From a virus, in IMG/VR virus record IMGVR_UViG_3300025280_000026, positions 19,588 through 83,587 of that record: 64,000 nucleotides of DNA. One strand, 5' to 3'. Shown here one piece after another: positions 48,201-56,570 of this stretch. A program made the translations under genes and the position numbers. The notes beneath the pieces were generated by a model. That model searched no databases, was not told the DNA's origin, and saw only the letters and a list, made by a program, of their open reading frames with translations. Each line of letters begins with the position of its first letter. Positions within the stretch are counted from its first letter, which is position 1.

Positions 48201-48666
48201 TCTCTGGGCATCATGTATCGCAGATCGCCCGAAGAATAAGAAAAAACTATATGAAAACATAGAACTGTATAGACCAGAGGGAGAATACACAGACGAGGAA
48301 AAGATTGAAAACATCTCTTCACTTACAGGTATTTTTCCAATCAGCCTTGTTATGACACGTGATGTCCGCGATCGTTTGGAACATTATATGGTCCCGCCTC
48401 TAGGCGCCAGAGATCCAGAACTTGGTAATGTTGTATGGTTTATTCCACGAGAAATACTTTCAAAGAAAACAAAGACGGGAAGAACATATTGGATCCTCAG
48501 AGTTATCGATAGTACCTCAACAGTTACAAGTATCAGATGTTGGGGCGTAAAAGAAGGTAAAGACAAACTTCATATTAACAGGCCATACATGGCAAAATTG
48601 GATTATGATCCTGCCTGGGGTTTTTCCACGAAGTCAATAAAGCATAATTTTAGACTTTTAGGTTAA
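45214..48666 (+). CDS. dnaE: DNA polymerase III alpha subunit (family C)
   Basis: PHP domain (LHAHS, TDHG), GRGSAAGS, YPDIDYD, HAGG, KFDLLGL and YGFNKSH. Confidence 0.96.
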   Translation: MQRELTERTKSTISFVGLHAHSVAGSPFDGFGYPHEHMDFAYQNGCNALALTDHGNMNGLSHQVLHAKKMCEEGKDFKPIFGVEAYFVPSVKEWKTAYEKAKEDKKAARDLESDPTKTANEDEGASKQKVDNIIRRRRHLILIAQNQIGLNNIFKMISTSFQGDNFYRYPRVDYDLMSKHSEGVIASSACLGGVYAGDYWDNRDDGEEAVLNAMRETTQHMIDIFGERWYGELQWNNIPEQHALNKYVLRMKDEFDIDVISTADSHYPSPDAWKDRELYKRLGFLNRPKKPEWMTSELPDGVEEIGYELYPKNGDQMWESYKKYSEECKTEYDDQTVLDSLTTTHWIAHQLIEEFMPDDTVRLPGFVVPENQTATQALARACIDGLTSLDLHKKNEYVDRLKHELHVIDDRGFSKYFLTMKAIADKANENMLSGPGRGSAAGSLVAYVLSITQVDPIKYGLLFSRFLRSDTTEYPDIDYDVSDAFGLKEILAKEWGETTVVPISNFNTLQLRSLIKDISKFYEVPFVETNAVTSQMMHEAMPRAKQVHGIKAGVYIPTFEEIMEYSESLQKFLNKYPHIKTHVEALYGQVRSTSRHAGGVVIGEDLDKHMPLINSGGVIQTPWSEGMNVRHLEPLGFIKFDLLGLTTLEMIQGAIEHILRRHHKVENPTFEEVKYWYDKNLHPDNINFEDKEVYRNIFHKGKFVGIFQFTNEGAQKFCMRAKPNNIIDISAVTSIYRPGPLSADVDDLYVDAKANPSKIVHPHEIVKEITQETAGFLIFQEQIALLAHKLGENISLDEGNKLRKLLTKKGTGESAREKNKIRKKFVNGCMQKKIDKTTAEAMWKKFEYFSGYGFNKSHAVSYSILSYQCAWLLNYYPAEWMAAFLDKEPEKRKEAAINLAQKYGFKIEPVNINTSSWHWDISDDSKTMIQPLSSIKGLGDKAIEQIINNRPFNNAEDLLFNEDIVYSKFNKKAMDVLCRCGAMRDLLDENFTGMKHLWASCIADRPKNKKKLYENIELYRPEGEYTDEEKIENISSLTGIFPISLVMTRDVRDRLEHYMVPPLGARDPELGNVVWFIPREILSKKTKTGRTYWILRVIDSTSTVTSIRCWGVKEGKDKLHINRPYMAKLDYDPAWGFSTKSIKHNFRLLG

Positions 48667-48688
48667 TAAATAGAATAAGGAGCTTATA

Positions 48689-48964
48689 GTGGGTAACGCA
48701 TCTCGTAAAATTAAACGAAACAAAAAAAAGAAGGCTGAAAAAGAGCTTGCAATAAAAGTTGCTCTCTTCGGCGAATTAGGTGATGCATGTATGACGTGCG
48801 ATAAATCTTTTGACAAAAAAAATAGAGAACAGGTTATGTCCTGGTCTGTTGTCGTTAGAGAACAAGAAGAAAAAGTTAACTTGTACTGTCCCGAATGCTG
48901 GGACAAAGCAAAAACAATTATAGAAGATTTTAAAAAACATTTGGAGGAAAAAAATGATTCTTGA
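48689..48964 (+). CDS. Small zinc-binding protein
   Basis: CMTC...CPEC. Confidence 0.65.
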   Translation: MGNASRKIKRNKKKKAEKELAIKVALFGELGDACMTCDKSFDKKNREQVMSWSVVVREQEEKVNLYCPECWDKAKTIIEDFKKHLEEKNDS

Positions 48965-49415
48965 ATATGCTAGAGTAAGAGAAGGGGCGAAACCCCCGGC
49001 AAGAGCAAATCCTAGTGACGCAGGTTTAGATGTATTTTATAACCCAAGCGACTGTTCAGAAACAGTGACTCTTAAACCGGGTGGGAGTGCTTTGTTTTCT
49101 ACAGGTTTGCGCTTCGGTGTCCCGCATGGATACATGCTCCAAGTCATGAACCGCTCCAGCATGGCCGCGAAACGCGGTCTTATCGTTGGAGCACACTGTG
49201 TAGATAGTGGTTATGACGGGGAAGTCTTTATAGATCTTCACAATATAGGCACTGAGAAACAACATGTTGACCCGGGCGAGAAAATAGCGCAAATTGTCTT
49301 GGTACCCGTCGTTCCGTTCCGAGCATTGGAAACTAATACTGGTAATCTTTATAATTGGTATCCAATCACAATTTCAAATCGAGGCGAAGGAGCTTTGGGG
49401 AGTACAGGAGAATGA
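48954..49415 (+). CDS. dut: Trimeric dUTPase
   Basis: AGLD, RSS, VDSGYDGE, KIAQ and RGEGALGSTG. Confidence 0.95.
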   Translation: MILEYARVREGAKPPARANPSDAGLDVFYNPSDCSETVTLKPGGSALFSTGLRFGVPHGYMLQVMNRSSMAAKRGLIVGAHCVDSGYDGEVFIDLHNIGTEKQHVDPGEKIAQIVLVPVVPFRALETNTGNLYNWYPITISNRGEGALGSTGE

Positions 49416-49780
49416 GCAAAATAGACCCTTTTGAGAATACACCGCTGGCAGCTCACGATATGGGGTTTGATACCCCAACTGTTGATGAAACATCATCAGC
49501 AAAGGTGGCGAAGTGGTTTGATAAACAGGAGAAAATCATGAAAAATAAAAAAGGATGCAAAAGGTGTGATAATGAAAAAGTCGATAGTCCCGCACACTAT
49601 AACGTTGGCAAAATCGAAGTTATCGATGCCATTGAAGATTGGAAGCTTGGTTTTAACGACGGAAATGCGGTTAAATATATTGCGAGACACCAACGTAAAG
49701 GCGATTCCATTCAAGATATTGAAAAAGCTATTTGGTATCTTAAAAGACATTTAAACAATTTAAGGAATAGCAATGAATAA
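49412..49780 (+). CDS. DUF3310-like protein (putative nucleotide kinase)
   Basis: VDSPAHY...IEVID...GNAVKYIAR...D.EKAIWYL. Confidence 0.75.
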   Translation: MSKIDPFENTPLAAHDMGFDTPTVDETSSAKVAKWFDKQEKIMKNKKGCKRCDNEKVDSPAHYNVGKIEVIDAIEDWKLGFNDGNAVKYIARHQRKGDSIQDIEKAIWYLKRHLNNLRNSNE

Positions 49781-50252
49781 CGAAACAACAGAATTAATGT
49801 TTGCTTCAGGGAAACTAAGTTGGTCTACACCACAAGATTTTTATGACAAATTAAATGAAGAATTAGGCCCATTTACGTTGGACGCCTGCGCGTCGAAGGA
49901 AAATACTAAATGTGAAAAATATTATTCTTTGAAGGATAACAGTCTAAAACAAGATTGGTCTGGTAATACTGTATTCTGTAATCCTCCATATGGAAGAAGG
50001 ATTCAGTACTGGATTAAAAAAGGATACGAAGAATCCTTAAAGAATAACACAAAAGTTGTCATGCTTATCCCATCTAGAACAGACACGAAGTATTGGCATA
50101 ACTATGTTATGAAGGCACAGGAAATTAGATTTGTGAAAGGAAGATTAAAATTTGGTGATTCAAGTAATTCAGCACCTTTTCCTTCAGCAGTTGTAATTTT
50201 TAATTCACAACCATCGCCTTCTATTTCGGCAATACAGAGTAAAGAAAAATAA
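49773..50252 (+). CDS. Phage DNA N6-adenine methyltransferase (Dam_phage family)
   Basis: WSTPQ, LDACAS, FCNPPYG, LIPSRTDT, GRLKF and APFPS. Confidence 0.88.
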   Translation: MNNETTELMFASGKLSWSTPQDFYDKLNEELGPFTLDACASKENTKCEKYYSLKDNSLKQDWSGNTVFCNPPYGRRIQYWIKKGYEESLKNNTKVVMLIPSRTDTKYWHNYVMKAQEIRFVKGRLKFGDSSNSAPFPSAVVIFNSQPSPSISAIQSKEK

Positions 50253-51286
50253 TGATCCAACAAGATTTTAGAGAAAGTTTATCCTTTGATGATGTTTTGT
50301 TGGTGCCGCAATATAGTGATATTGCAAGCAGAGCGCAGGTTGATATTGGGAGCAGTTTAGACGATAAACATAGATTTAAACTGCCAGTAATTTCTAGCCC
50401 AATGGACACGGTGACAGAGGAAACCATGGCCGTTGCACTTCACAGCGCCGACGCCTTCGGCATTGTACATAGGTATAATTCAATTAACGAACAAGCCGAC
50501 ATCGTTAAGAGGATCCGAGAGAAAAATTCCACTATTCCAGTTGCTGTCGCCATTGGCGCCACCGGTGATTACATCGACCGTGCCGAGAGAATGGTGCATC
50601 TTGGTGTAAAAATATTATGTATCGACATCGCCCATGGTCATCATATAGCAATGGAGCGCGCTATCAAAACCTTAAAAGACAATTATGGACGAAGGGCGCA
50701 CATCATGGCTGGAAATGTTGCGACGTTAGAAGGGTTCAACGCTCTCGCAGAGTGGGGAGCAGATAGTATTCGTGTTGGAATCGGCGGCGGTAGTATATGT
50801 TCCACTAGATTGGTTTCGGGACACGGCATCCCAACTTTGCAAAGTATTATGGAGTGTGCTAGAACACCACATTCAGCAAAAATTATTGCCGATGGAGGAA
50901 TTAAAACTAGCGGCGATATTGTTAAAGCTCTGGCCCTCGGCGCAGATTTTGTTATGGTTGGATCTTTATTCGCAGGTACAAAGGAGACACCAGGAAATGT
51001 TTTTACGTCAAGCAAAGGAAAGAAATATAAAGTCTACAGAGGAATGGCATCAGCGAAAGCACAAGAAGACTGGAGAGGGAAAGCCTCAACTCCAGAAGGA
51101 ATATCCACAACCGTGCCTTATAAAGGGAAGGTTGCTTCTATACTTAATAATCTTTCTGGTGGTATTAGGAGTGGATTTAGTTATTCTGGTGCACGGAATT
51201 TGAAGGAACTGCAAGCCAAATCTAAGTTTATTCGCCAAACATCTGCCGGCCAGCTCGAAAGTTCAACACACGCTATGAGGAGATGA
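50252..51286 (+). CDS. guaB: IMP dehydrogenase/GMP reductase family protein without CBS domains
   Basis: FDDVLLVP, SSPMDTV, IDIAHGH, GIGGGSICSTR, ADGGI and YRGMAS. Confidence 0.85.
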   Translation: MIQQDFRESLSFDDVLLVPQYSDIASRAQVDIGSSLDDKHRFKLPVISSPMDTVTEETMAVALHSADAFGIVHRYNSINEQADIVKRIREKNSTIPVAVAIGATGDYIDRAERMVHLGVKILCIDIAHGHHIAMERAIKTLKDNYGRRAHIMAGNVATLEGFNALAEWGADSIRVGIGGGSICSTRLVSGHGIPTLQSIMECARTPHSAKIIADGGIKTSGDIVKALALGADFVMVGSLFAGTKETPGNVFTSSKGKKYKVYRGMASAKAQEDWRGKASTPEGISTTVPYKGKVASILNNLSGGIRSGFSYSGARNLKELQAKSKFIRQTSAGQLESSTHAMRR

Positions 51287-51606
51287 TGAAAAAAATAATT
51301 TTATTAATGATGGTGTTTTTATATAGCTGTGAGACAGGGAGAATTTACGAGTGTGATCTGTGGGAAGAACGCCAGTGTATTTGTCCGAATGGTTCAATAG
51401 GCGAACAAGAATGTTCCCGAGGGCCGGCCTTCTCGCAGCCAAAACCTCCAAGAACTTGGCCTCCATGCAGCTGTTGTTTCGATAAGAAAGAAGGCGAACA
51501 TGGTCTTTATCATATTGATAAAAATGATGCTTCTGGGTGCTGGGAAGACACGTATGATCCTTCAATTGGGCCATTCGAAATGGACGTGAAGGGTCCGACG
51601 GAATGA
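51283..51606 (+). CDS. Cys-rich lipoprotein
   Basis: Lipobox LYSC; C..E.R.C.C..G..G.Q.C...W..C.C. Confidence 0.65.
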   Translation: MMKKIILLMMVFLYSCETGRIYECDLWEERQCICPNGSIGEQECSRGPAFSQPKPPRTWPPCSCCFDKKEGEHGLYHIDKNDASGCWEDTYDPSIGPFEMDVKGPTE

Positions 51607-51944
51607 AAGATCCTACAGTTCCTGATCCTCGCGAGAGAAAGAAGTTTATGTTTTATGACACAGAGAAACGCCAAGCTGATTTGCGTATTAAATTACAGCA
51701 TGACGGCATGACGCAGAGTACTTTTTTTAGAGTTATGATGTCTGGCTATTTAGAAAATGATGAAGACATATTAAATTATCTTAACAAATTTCAAGAAAAG
51801 TATAAAATGCGAGGAAAACATAAAATTAAAAAAGTTCGTAAATTAATTGATAAAGGAAAAGAATTGAAAAAACAATTTAGTATTGACGAAAAGGAAATTG
51901 AAGATATATTCGATCTTGTTGAAGAAGAAGGCCCAGCTCTATGA
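51603..51944 (+). CDS. Putative DNA-binding protein (RHH-like)
   Basis: Beta-alpha-alpha-like N-terminus and an acidic tail. Confidence 0.5.
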   Translation: MKDPTVPDPRERKKFMFYDTEKRQADLRIKLQHDGMTQSTFFRVMMSGYLENDEDILNYLNKFQEKYKMRGKHKIKKVRKLIDKGKELKKQFSIDEKEIEDIFDLVEEEGPAL

Positions 51945-52177
51945 AGTGTTTAGATAAATGTATTGAATTAGACGTCTCGTGCCCTGTCTGTGAATGTCGA
52001 GCGTGGATCGACAGTGAAGAAGAATTTAACTGTATTCACGAAGCCGTCGCAGCTGCGGGGGGGATGACCTTGCGTGAAGTAGCCAAAAGATTGGGCGTTA
52101 GTTTTGTTAGGGTCAAACAGATAGAAGACAAAGCAATAAAAAAATTAGGTAAAATCACAAATCTCAAGACTATTTAG
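51941..52177 (+). CDS. Stand-alone sigma70 region-4 HTH protein with a Cys-rich N-terminus
   Basis: MTLREVAKRLGVSFVRVKQIEDKAIKKL. Confidence 0.8.
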   Translation: MKCLDKCIELDVSCPVCECRAWIDSEEEFNCIHEAVAAAGGMTLREVAKRLGVSFVRVKQIEDKAIKKLGKITNLKTI

Positions 52178-52244
52178 AGTAGTAAAATTATTTGTGTTTT
52201 TAGCACGTAACGATACGTTGAAAAGTCTCAAGGAGTCAAATAAA

Positions 52245-52784
52245 ATGAAAAAACGTCTACTTAACGAACAAAAAACTCGTCGCTTTATGAACCTGGCCGG
52301 TATTAAAAATCTAAGTGAAAACTTTATCGATGAAACTGATTTAGATGAAGTTGACGAATCCGCCACTGATGTTGATGAAGCTCACGATTTAGAGCCCCCT
52401 GAGCTGGATGAACCTGAAGATATGGATGAGCCTGAAGGCATGGATGAGCCTGAAGGCATGGATGAGCCTGAAGATATGGATGAGCCTGAAGATATGGATG
52501 AGCCTGAAGACGAAGTTTCTGGTGAGAGCCTGGCAGACTTTTTAGATTGGATATCTGGCAAGGTTGAGGATTACGCACAAGAACATGACATTGATTTTGA
52601 CGTCGAGGTAGAAGAACTGCCCGGCGACGAAGAAGAAGATTTAGGGCCTGACCTCGAACCCGAGGACGCCGACATCGAGGAACCCGGCATGGAGGGTGAA
52701 GAAGAGCCTGCTATGGAAGATGAGCTAATTGATGAAGTAACCAAGAGAGTTGCTCTTCGGTTACTCCGCGAAGCGCGACGATAA
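52245..52784 (+). CDS. Highly acidic repeat protein, probably an internal head or scaffold-like protein
   Basis: AGGAG with ATG 52245; late motif at 52169; RRFMNLAGI motif. Confidence 0.7.
   Translation: MKKRLLNEQKTRRFMNLAGIKNLSENFIDETDLDEVDESATDVDEAHDLEPPELDEPEDMDEPEGMDEPEGMDEPEDMDEPEDMDEPEDEVSGESLADFLDWISGKVEDYAQEHDIDFDVEVEELPGDEEEDLGPDLEPEDADIEEPGMEGEEEPAMEDELIDEVTKRVALRLLREARR
52405..52510 (+). repeat. 18-bp coding tandem repeat, about 6 copies (MDEPE[D/G])
   Basis: Unit TGGATGARCCTGAAGRYA. Confidence 0.9.
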
Positions 52785-52802
52785 ATAGTACAAAAATGAC
52801 TC

Positions 52803-52850
52803 TTGACTTTTTAAAAAAACCCGCTATATTTATAGCGGGTTTTTCTTTTT
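52803..52850 (+). terminator. Terminator hairpin overlapping a sigma70-like promoter
   Basis: AAAAACCCGCTATA-TT-TATAGCGGGTTTTT; TTGACT-N16-TATATT. Confidence 0.75.
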
Positions 52851-52865
52851 CAAAATGAGGTTTAA

Positions 52866-53246
52866 ATGGAAACAAATGGATGGGAAGTTTTTTTATGGTA
52901 TTGTTTTGGAGCGTTCTCTTACCAGCTGGTTTCTAGGTTGCTCCGTCACGGCAATCTGATAGTTTTATATAACGCTGCTTTGTTATCGTTACTCAATATA
53001 ATTTACTTGGCGGATAAAGAGGTTAAATTTTTAAACGAATACCGCTATAATATTCTAAAAGACACCGGCACTTCCGAGGAAGAAATTAATATTTTAATGG
53101 ATACCAACAACCGGTCAATAGAAATATGGCGTTTTCTTGTCATACAAACTTTAATAGGGATGGCCCCACCAAAGCTCCGACAAACCCTAAAATTTAAAAA
53201 TTGGGAACAAGCAGTCAATTTAATTGAAAAGCACAATAGGGAATAA
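52866..53246 (+). CDS. Hypothetical membrane-associated protein
   Basis: GAGG Shine-Dalgarno; hydrophobic N-terminus. Confidence 0.6.
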   Translation: METNGWEVFLWYCFGAFSYQLVSRLLRHGNLIVLYNAALLSLLNIIYLADKEVKFLNEYRYNILKDTGTSEEEINILMDTNNRSIEIWRFLVIQTLIGMAPPKLRQTLKFKNWEQAVNLIEKHNRE

Positions 53247-53247
53247 A

Positions 53248-53940
53248 ATGTTTACACAAAGAAAGAAGAAAAAGCAAGATTCGAAGGAAGAGACAAAAGA
53301 AGAATGTCCGACCCCGGAAGAAGAATGTGGTTCTCCGTTGATGCTTGATATAAGCTCGTTAACCTCCCAAGAAGCTCCTAAAATCAGGGCAACGGGTATT
53401 TATGGTACTATTAACGAGGATAAGTGTTCCGAGGCTTTATTTTCTTTGATTGTTTTAAAAGAAACCGGCAAAAAAGAAATTCTTGAAGACCCGGAAAGCA
53501 CAGATTCAGAAGTAATCACCACTTATGAACCTATTGATTTTTATATATCAACGTATGGCGGCTCAGCAGCGGATATGTTTGCTGTGTATGACGCTATAAG
53601 ATATGTTCGTGAAGAGTGTTTTGTTCGAACATTCGGACTTGGCAAGGTAATGTCTGCCGGCGTCCTCTTACTGGCATCGGGGACAAAAGGCGAGCGTCGA
53701 ATTGGCGCAAGCTGCCGTGTTATGATTCATGGTGTGATGTCGGGCCAAGCCGGGCACTTAGACGATTTAGAAAATGAAATGGAGGAAGCTAAATTTACCC
53801 AAAGACAATATGTTAAAGCATTGGCAAAAGAAACAAATATGACTGAAAAGTATATTAAAAAATTAATGGATAAAAAAATAAATGTTTATCTTGATGCAGA
53901 AGAAGCGGTTGATTTAGGGATCGCTGACATAATTATTTAA
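53248..53940 (+). CDS. clpP: ClpP-family protease
   Basis: ISTYGGS, GKVMSAG (Ser), VMIHG (His) and AEEAVDLGIAD. Confidence 0.88.
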   Translation: MFTQRKKKKQDSKEETKEECPTPEEECGSPLMLDISSLTSQEAPKIRATGIYGTINEDKCSEALFSLIVLKETGKKEILEDPESTDSEVITTYEPIDFYISTYGGSAADMFAVYDAIRYVREECFVRTFGLGKVMSAGVLLLASGTKGERRIGASCRVMIHGVMSGQAGHLDDLENEMEEAKFTQRQYVKALAKETNMTEKYIKKLMDKKINVYLDAEEAVDLGIADIII

Positions 53941-53946
53941 AAGAAG

Positions 53947-54846
53947 ATGAATTGGTTTAAACTACGATATAACAAGAGATCTGCAAAAAAATACAGCTGG
54001 GATCCTTCCTGGTTCGGCGCTACAAAATTTGATGGTGTCTTGATAAACAACATTAAGGAATTCCAGAAGTTACACGATCTAAACCCAGACGGTCTCTGTG
54101 GTCCGATGACATACCGGAGAGCCTATACAAATAAATTAGCTTATATTGATGACGCGGAGGATACTGTGGCCACGGACATTAAAAAAAATCGTATTTTCTG
54201 CAATGGTTTTTCCGTAAGAATCAAATGGGACAAAATAAATGTCAATTGGATCAATGAGAAATGCTATTCGAAAGTTGCCGGCAAAGCGAGAAAACCGACG
54301 ATGGTCGTTACTCATTGGGACGCAGCGCTTTCCGCTGCATCGTGTAAGAGGATCTTAGAGAAGCGCAAGATATCAACTCATTTTGTTATAGACAACGATG
54401 GCACCATTGTCCAACTCGTCGATACACAGGACGTTGCTTGGCATGCTGGAATAAGACGAGTGAATAAAGCCTCAATAGGTATCGATTTCAGCAATGCTGT
54501 GTACACGAAATATAACAAAGCCTACCACAAGAAGGGTTTTGGTTTCCGTCCCATTATAGAAGGATGGAGGGTCCATGGTTGGCGTCCGAAGCCATTCCTG
54601 GGCGCATATCCAGTACAAATTGAAGCGTACAAGGCCTTGCTCGAAGCTTTGCACAATCATTATGGCATTCCTTTGGAGTGCCCGCTAGATGACGACGGAA
54701 GACTTCTAACGGCGATGCACAAGCCCTCTAAGAAAGCCAAATTCAAGGGTGTGGTCAACCATTATAACCTGTCTACAAATAAGTGGGACACTTTAGGTTT
54801 GCAGCTAGATGAAATACTTGAAGAAATTCGTTTAAATGAGGACTAA
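53947..54846 (+). CDS. Endolysin: peptidoglycan-binding domain plus N-acetylmuramoyl-L-alanine amidase
   Basis: FQKLHDLNPDGLCGPMT; VVTHW, STHFVID, AWHAG and VNHY. Confidence 0.85.
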   Translation: MNWFKLRYNKRSAKKYSWDPSWFGATKFDGVLINNIKEFQKLHDLNPDGLCGPMTYRRAYTNKLAYIDDAEDTVATDIKKNRIFCNGFSVRIKWDKINVNWINEKCYSKVAGKARKPTMVVTHWDAALSAASCKRILEKRKISTHFVIDNDGTIVQLVDTQDVAWHAGIRRVNKASIGIDFSNAVYTKYNKAYHKKGFGFRPIIEGWRVHGWRPKPFLGAYPVQIEAYKALLEALHNHYGIPLECPLDDDGRLLTAMHKPSKKAKFKGVVNHYNLSTNKWDTLGLQLDEILEEIRLNED

Positions 54847-54854
54847 TTATAGTT

Positions 54855-56507
54855 ATGAAAAAAAGTGTTATCGATAAATTATATGAATTATACAAACCCA
54901 AAGAGAATCTTTCACTTGATTCTCTTTTAGATTTAATCACAGAGCAGATGGTGGTTGTACAAGAGGAAGACCCTCAACCTCAACGCAAATTCAGCGCAGC
55001 GAGAGCTTATAAAACCATTCTTAAATCATTTCAGGCCCCTTCGGAGCAAACGGGTAAAATAGGCACCGATGAAAGAATAAAATTTCAAAAATATGTTTCT
55101 CGCAATATTAGGGGGAATACGCTGGTTGAAAAAATAGCATCAATTAATAAAATTGTCGAGGGCTCTTTTGAAGGTGATCCGAAGATATCTGATATTTTAT
55201 CAGCCCTTGGTGCTATAAAAATGTTGCAACAAACATTAGATGATTTCAACGAGTCAACTGCTGGTTTTCTATTTGAAGCATTTTTATCCGGACTCTTAAA
55301 AGGCAAACAGGTAACCGATAAAGTTGGTGGTACTCTGCCCATTGAGGACTGTATGTTCTTCGTTGACCCCAAAACGGGCGAAGGCGGCCGGCCAGTCAGC
55401 TTGAAATTGCTCAGTCCCAGAACACTCATTGAGGGAAGTCTACAAAATTTGTTAGGATTCTTCGAGCGCGCCAAAATCGCTGCCATTGCCGAGCAAAAGG
55501 GAATTGAATATATTGTTGCAGTTAAAACCTTAAGAAATGAGCTAGATGTGTATTCTTTTAACATCAAACCAAGCAACTTTTTTAACTGGATAGATGAAAA
55601 ATATTTTGATTTTCATGATTATAATATTGAAGGTTCGAATAACTTGATGGAAGAAAAATCTCCAGAGGCCACTGAGACTTCAAAAAATGAGTGGGAGAGG
55701 TTTGCACGTGCCCGCTTGCCGATGATGGGTTTAGACCCGAGACAAACAAAATTTAATTATGATTGGAAACACATTCGCGATTGGAAGAACGTTATTCCTA
55801 TACCATCGAAGAAACGTGCCCTTGTTGCTGCAATTGCTGAAATTATTCTAAGCCCTGCAGGGAAGGACGCATTTGAAAAATGGGCTCTCGGCCAGTTTCG
55901 GCATGCCATACCTCCCGAGAAACTCGCCATCACACCGGAATTGGAGTCGGAGTTTCATTCTGAAGAGCCTGAAGTGCGGCAAAACGCAGCTATTCAAATA
56001 GCTAAAATGGGTGCAGAACGAAGAAGCGCTTACTTGGAATCTATTTTAGGTGTAGCTGAAGGCTTTAGAGAAGACGCCATACATGTCCAAAGGTGGTATG
56101 CTGTTAACACGAAGGGGGACCAAGCGACGTCCTCAGATGTTGTAAGCCATTTAAATGCACTTGTTAAGAGTGGAGACCCGGAGTCCATTAAAAAATGGGC
56201 GAAGATATTAGAAGATCGTCGGAGAGAATCACAGTTTAAGATTCAACCAATTAAAGCGAGATCCTACGGTACGCTTTACGGCACAATTGATGTCAACAAG
56301 AAAAAAATCTATCGTGTGCTTCAAAAGTATAGTGTACAGCTTGAAAAGTTGTGTGCACCAATATATGAAGAGTTAGAAGCCCTCTCTGGTTTCATTAACG
56401 GTTATTATATGCAGAATCGAGTTGGAGATGCGTTTAAAGCGTCAGATTCTGCTAAACGTCTCACTGGTTATACAGAGCAACTAACAGAAAAAACAGAAAA
56501 AGATTAA
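54855..56507 (+). CDS. Late-expressed protein with a PD-(D/E)xK nuclease-like core
   Basis: GFLFEAFL...PIED...VSLKL; ACTAATTA at 54842. Confidence 0.5.
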   Translation: MKKSVIDKLYELYKPKENLSLDSLLDLITEQMVVVQEEDPQPQRKFSAARAYKTILKSFQAPSEQTGKIGTDERIKFQKYVSRNIRGNTLVEKIASINKIVEGSFEGDPKISDILSALGAIKMLQQTLDDFNESTAGFLFEAFLSGLLKGKQVTDKVGGTLPIEDCMFFVDPKTGEGGRPVSLKLLSPRTLIEGSLQNLLGFFERAKIAAIAEQKGIEYIVAVKTLRNELDVYSFNIKPSNFFNWIDEKYFDFHDYNIEGSNNLMEEKSPEATETSKNEWERFARARLPMMGLDPRQTKFNYDWKHIRDWKNVIPIPSKKRALVAAIAEIILSPAGKDAFEKWALGQFRHAIPPEKLAITPELESEFHSEEPEVRQNAAIQIAKMGAERRSAYLESILGVAEGFREDAIHVQRWYAVNTKGDQATSSDVVSHLNALVKSGDPESIKKWAKILEDRRRESQFKIQPIKARSYGTLYGTIDVNKKKIYRVLQKYSVQLEKLCAPIYEELEALSGFINGYYMQNRVGDAFKASDSAKRLTGYTEQLTEKTEKD

Positions 56508-56515
56508 TTTTTCCG

Positions 56516-56543
56516 TTGACTTGGGTATAATGGTTGCTATTGT
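56516..56543 (+). promoter_or_regulatory. Sigma70-like promoter for groEL
   Basis: TTGACT-N16-TATTGT with an extended TG. Confidence 0.6.
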
Positions 56544-56570
56544 TATGTATATAACTATAAGGAGCTAACT

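Noticed and set aside
38254-48666. Inteins, introns or homing endonucleases in RNR and DnaE (also checked terminase, RecA and helicase)
   Set aside because: Lengths are normal, with no intein termini or LAGLIDADG/HNH insertions visible
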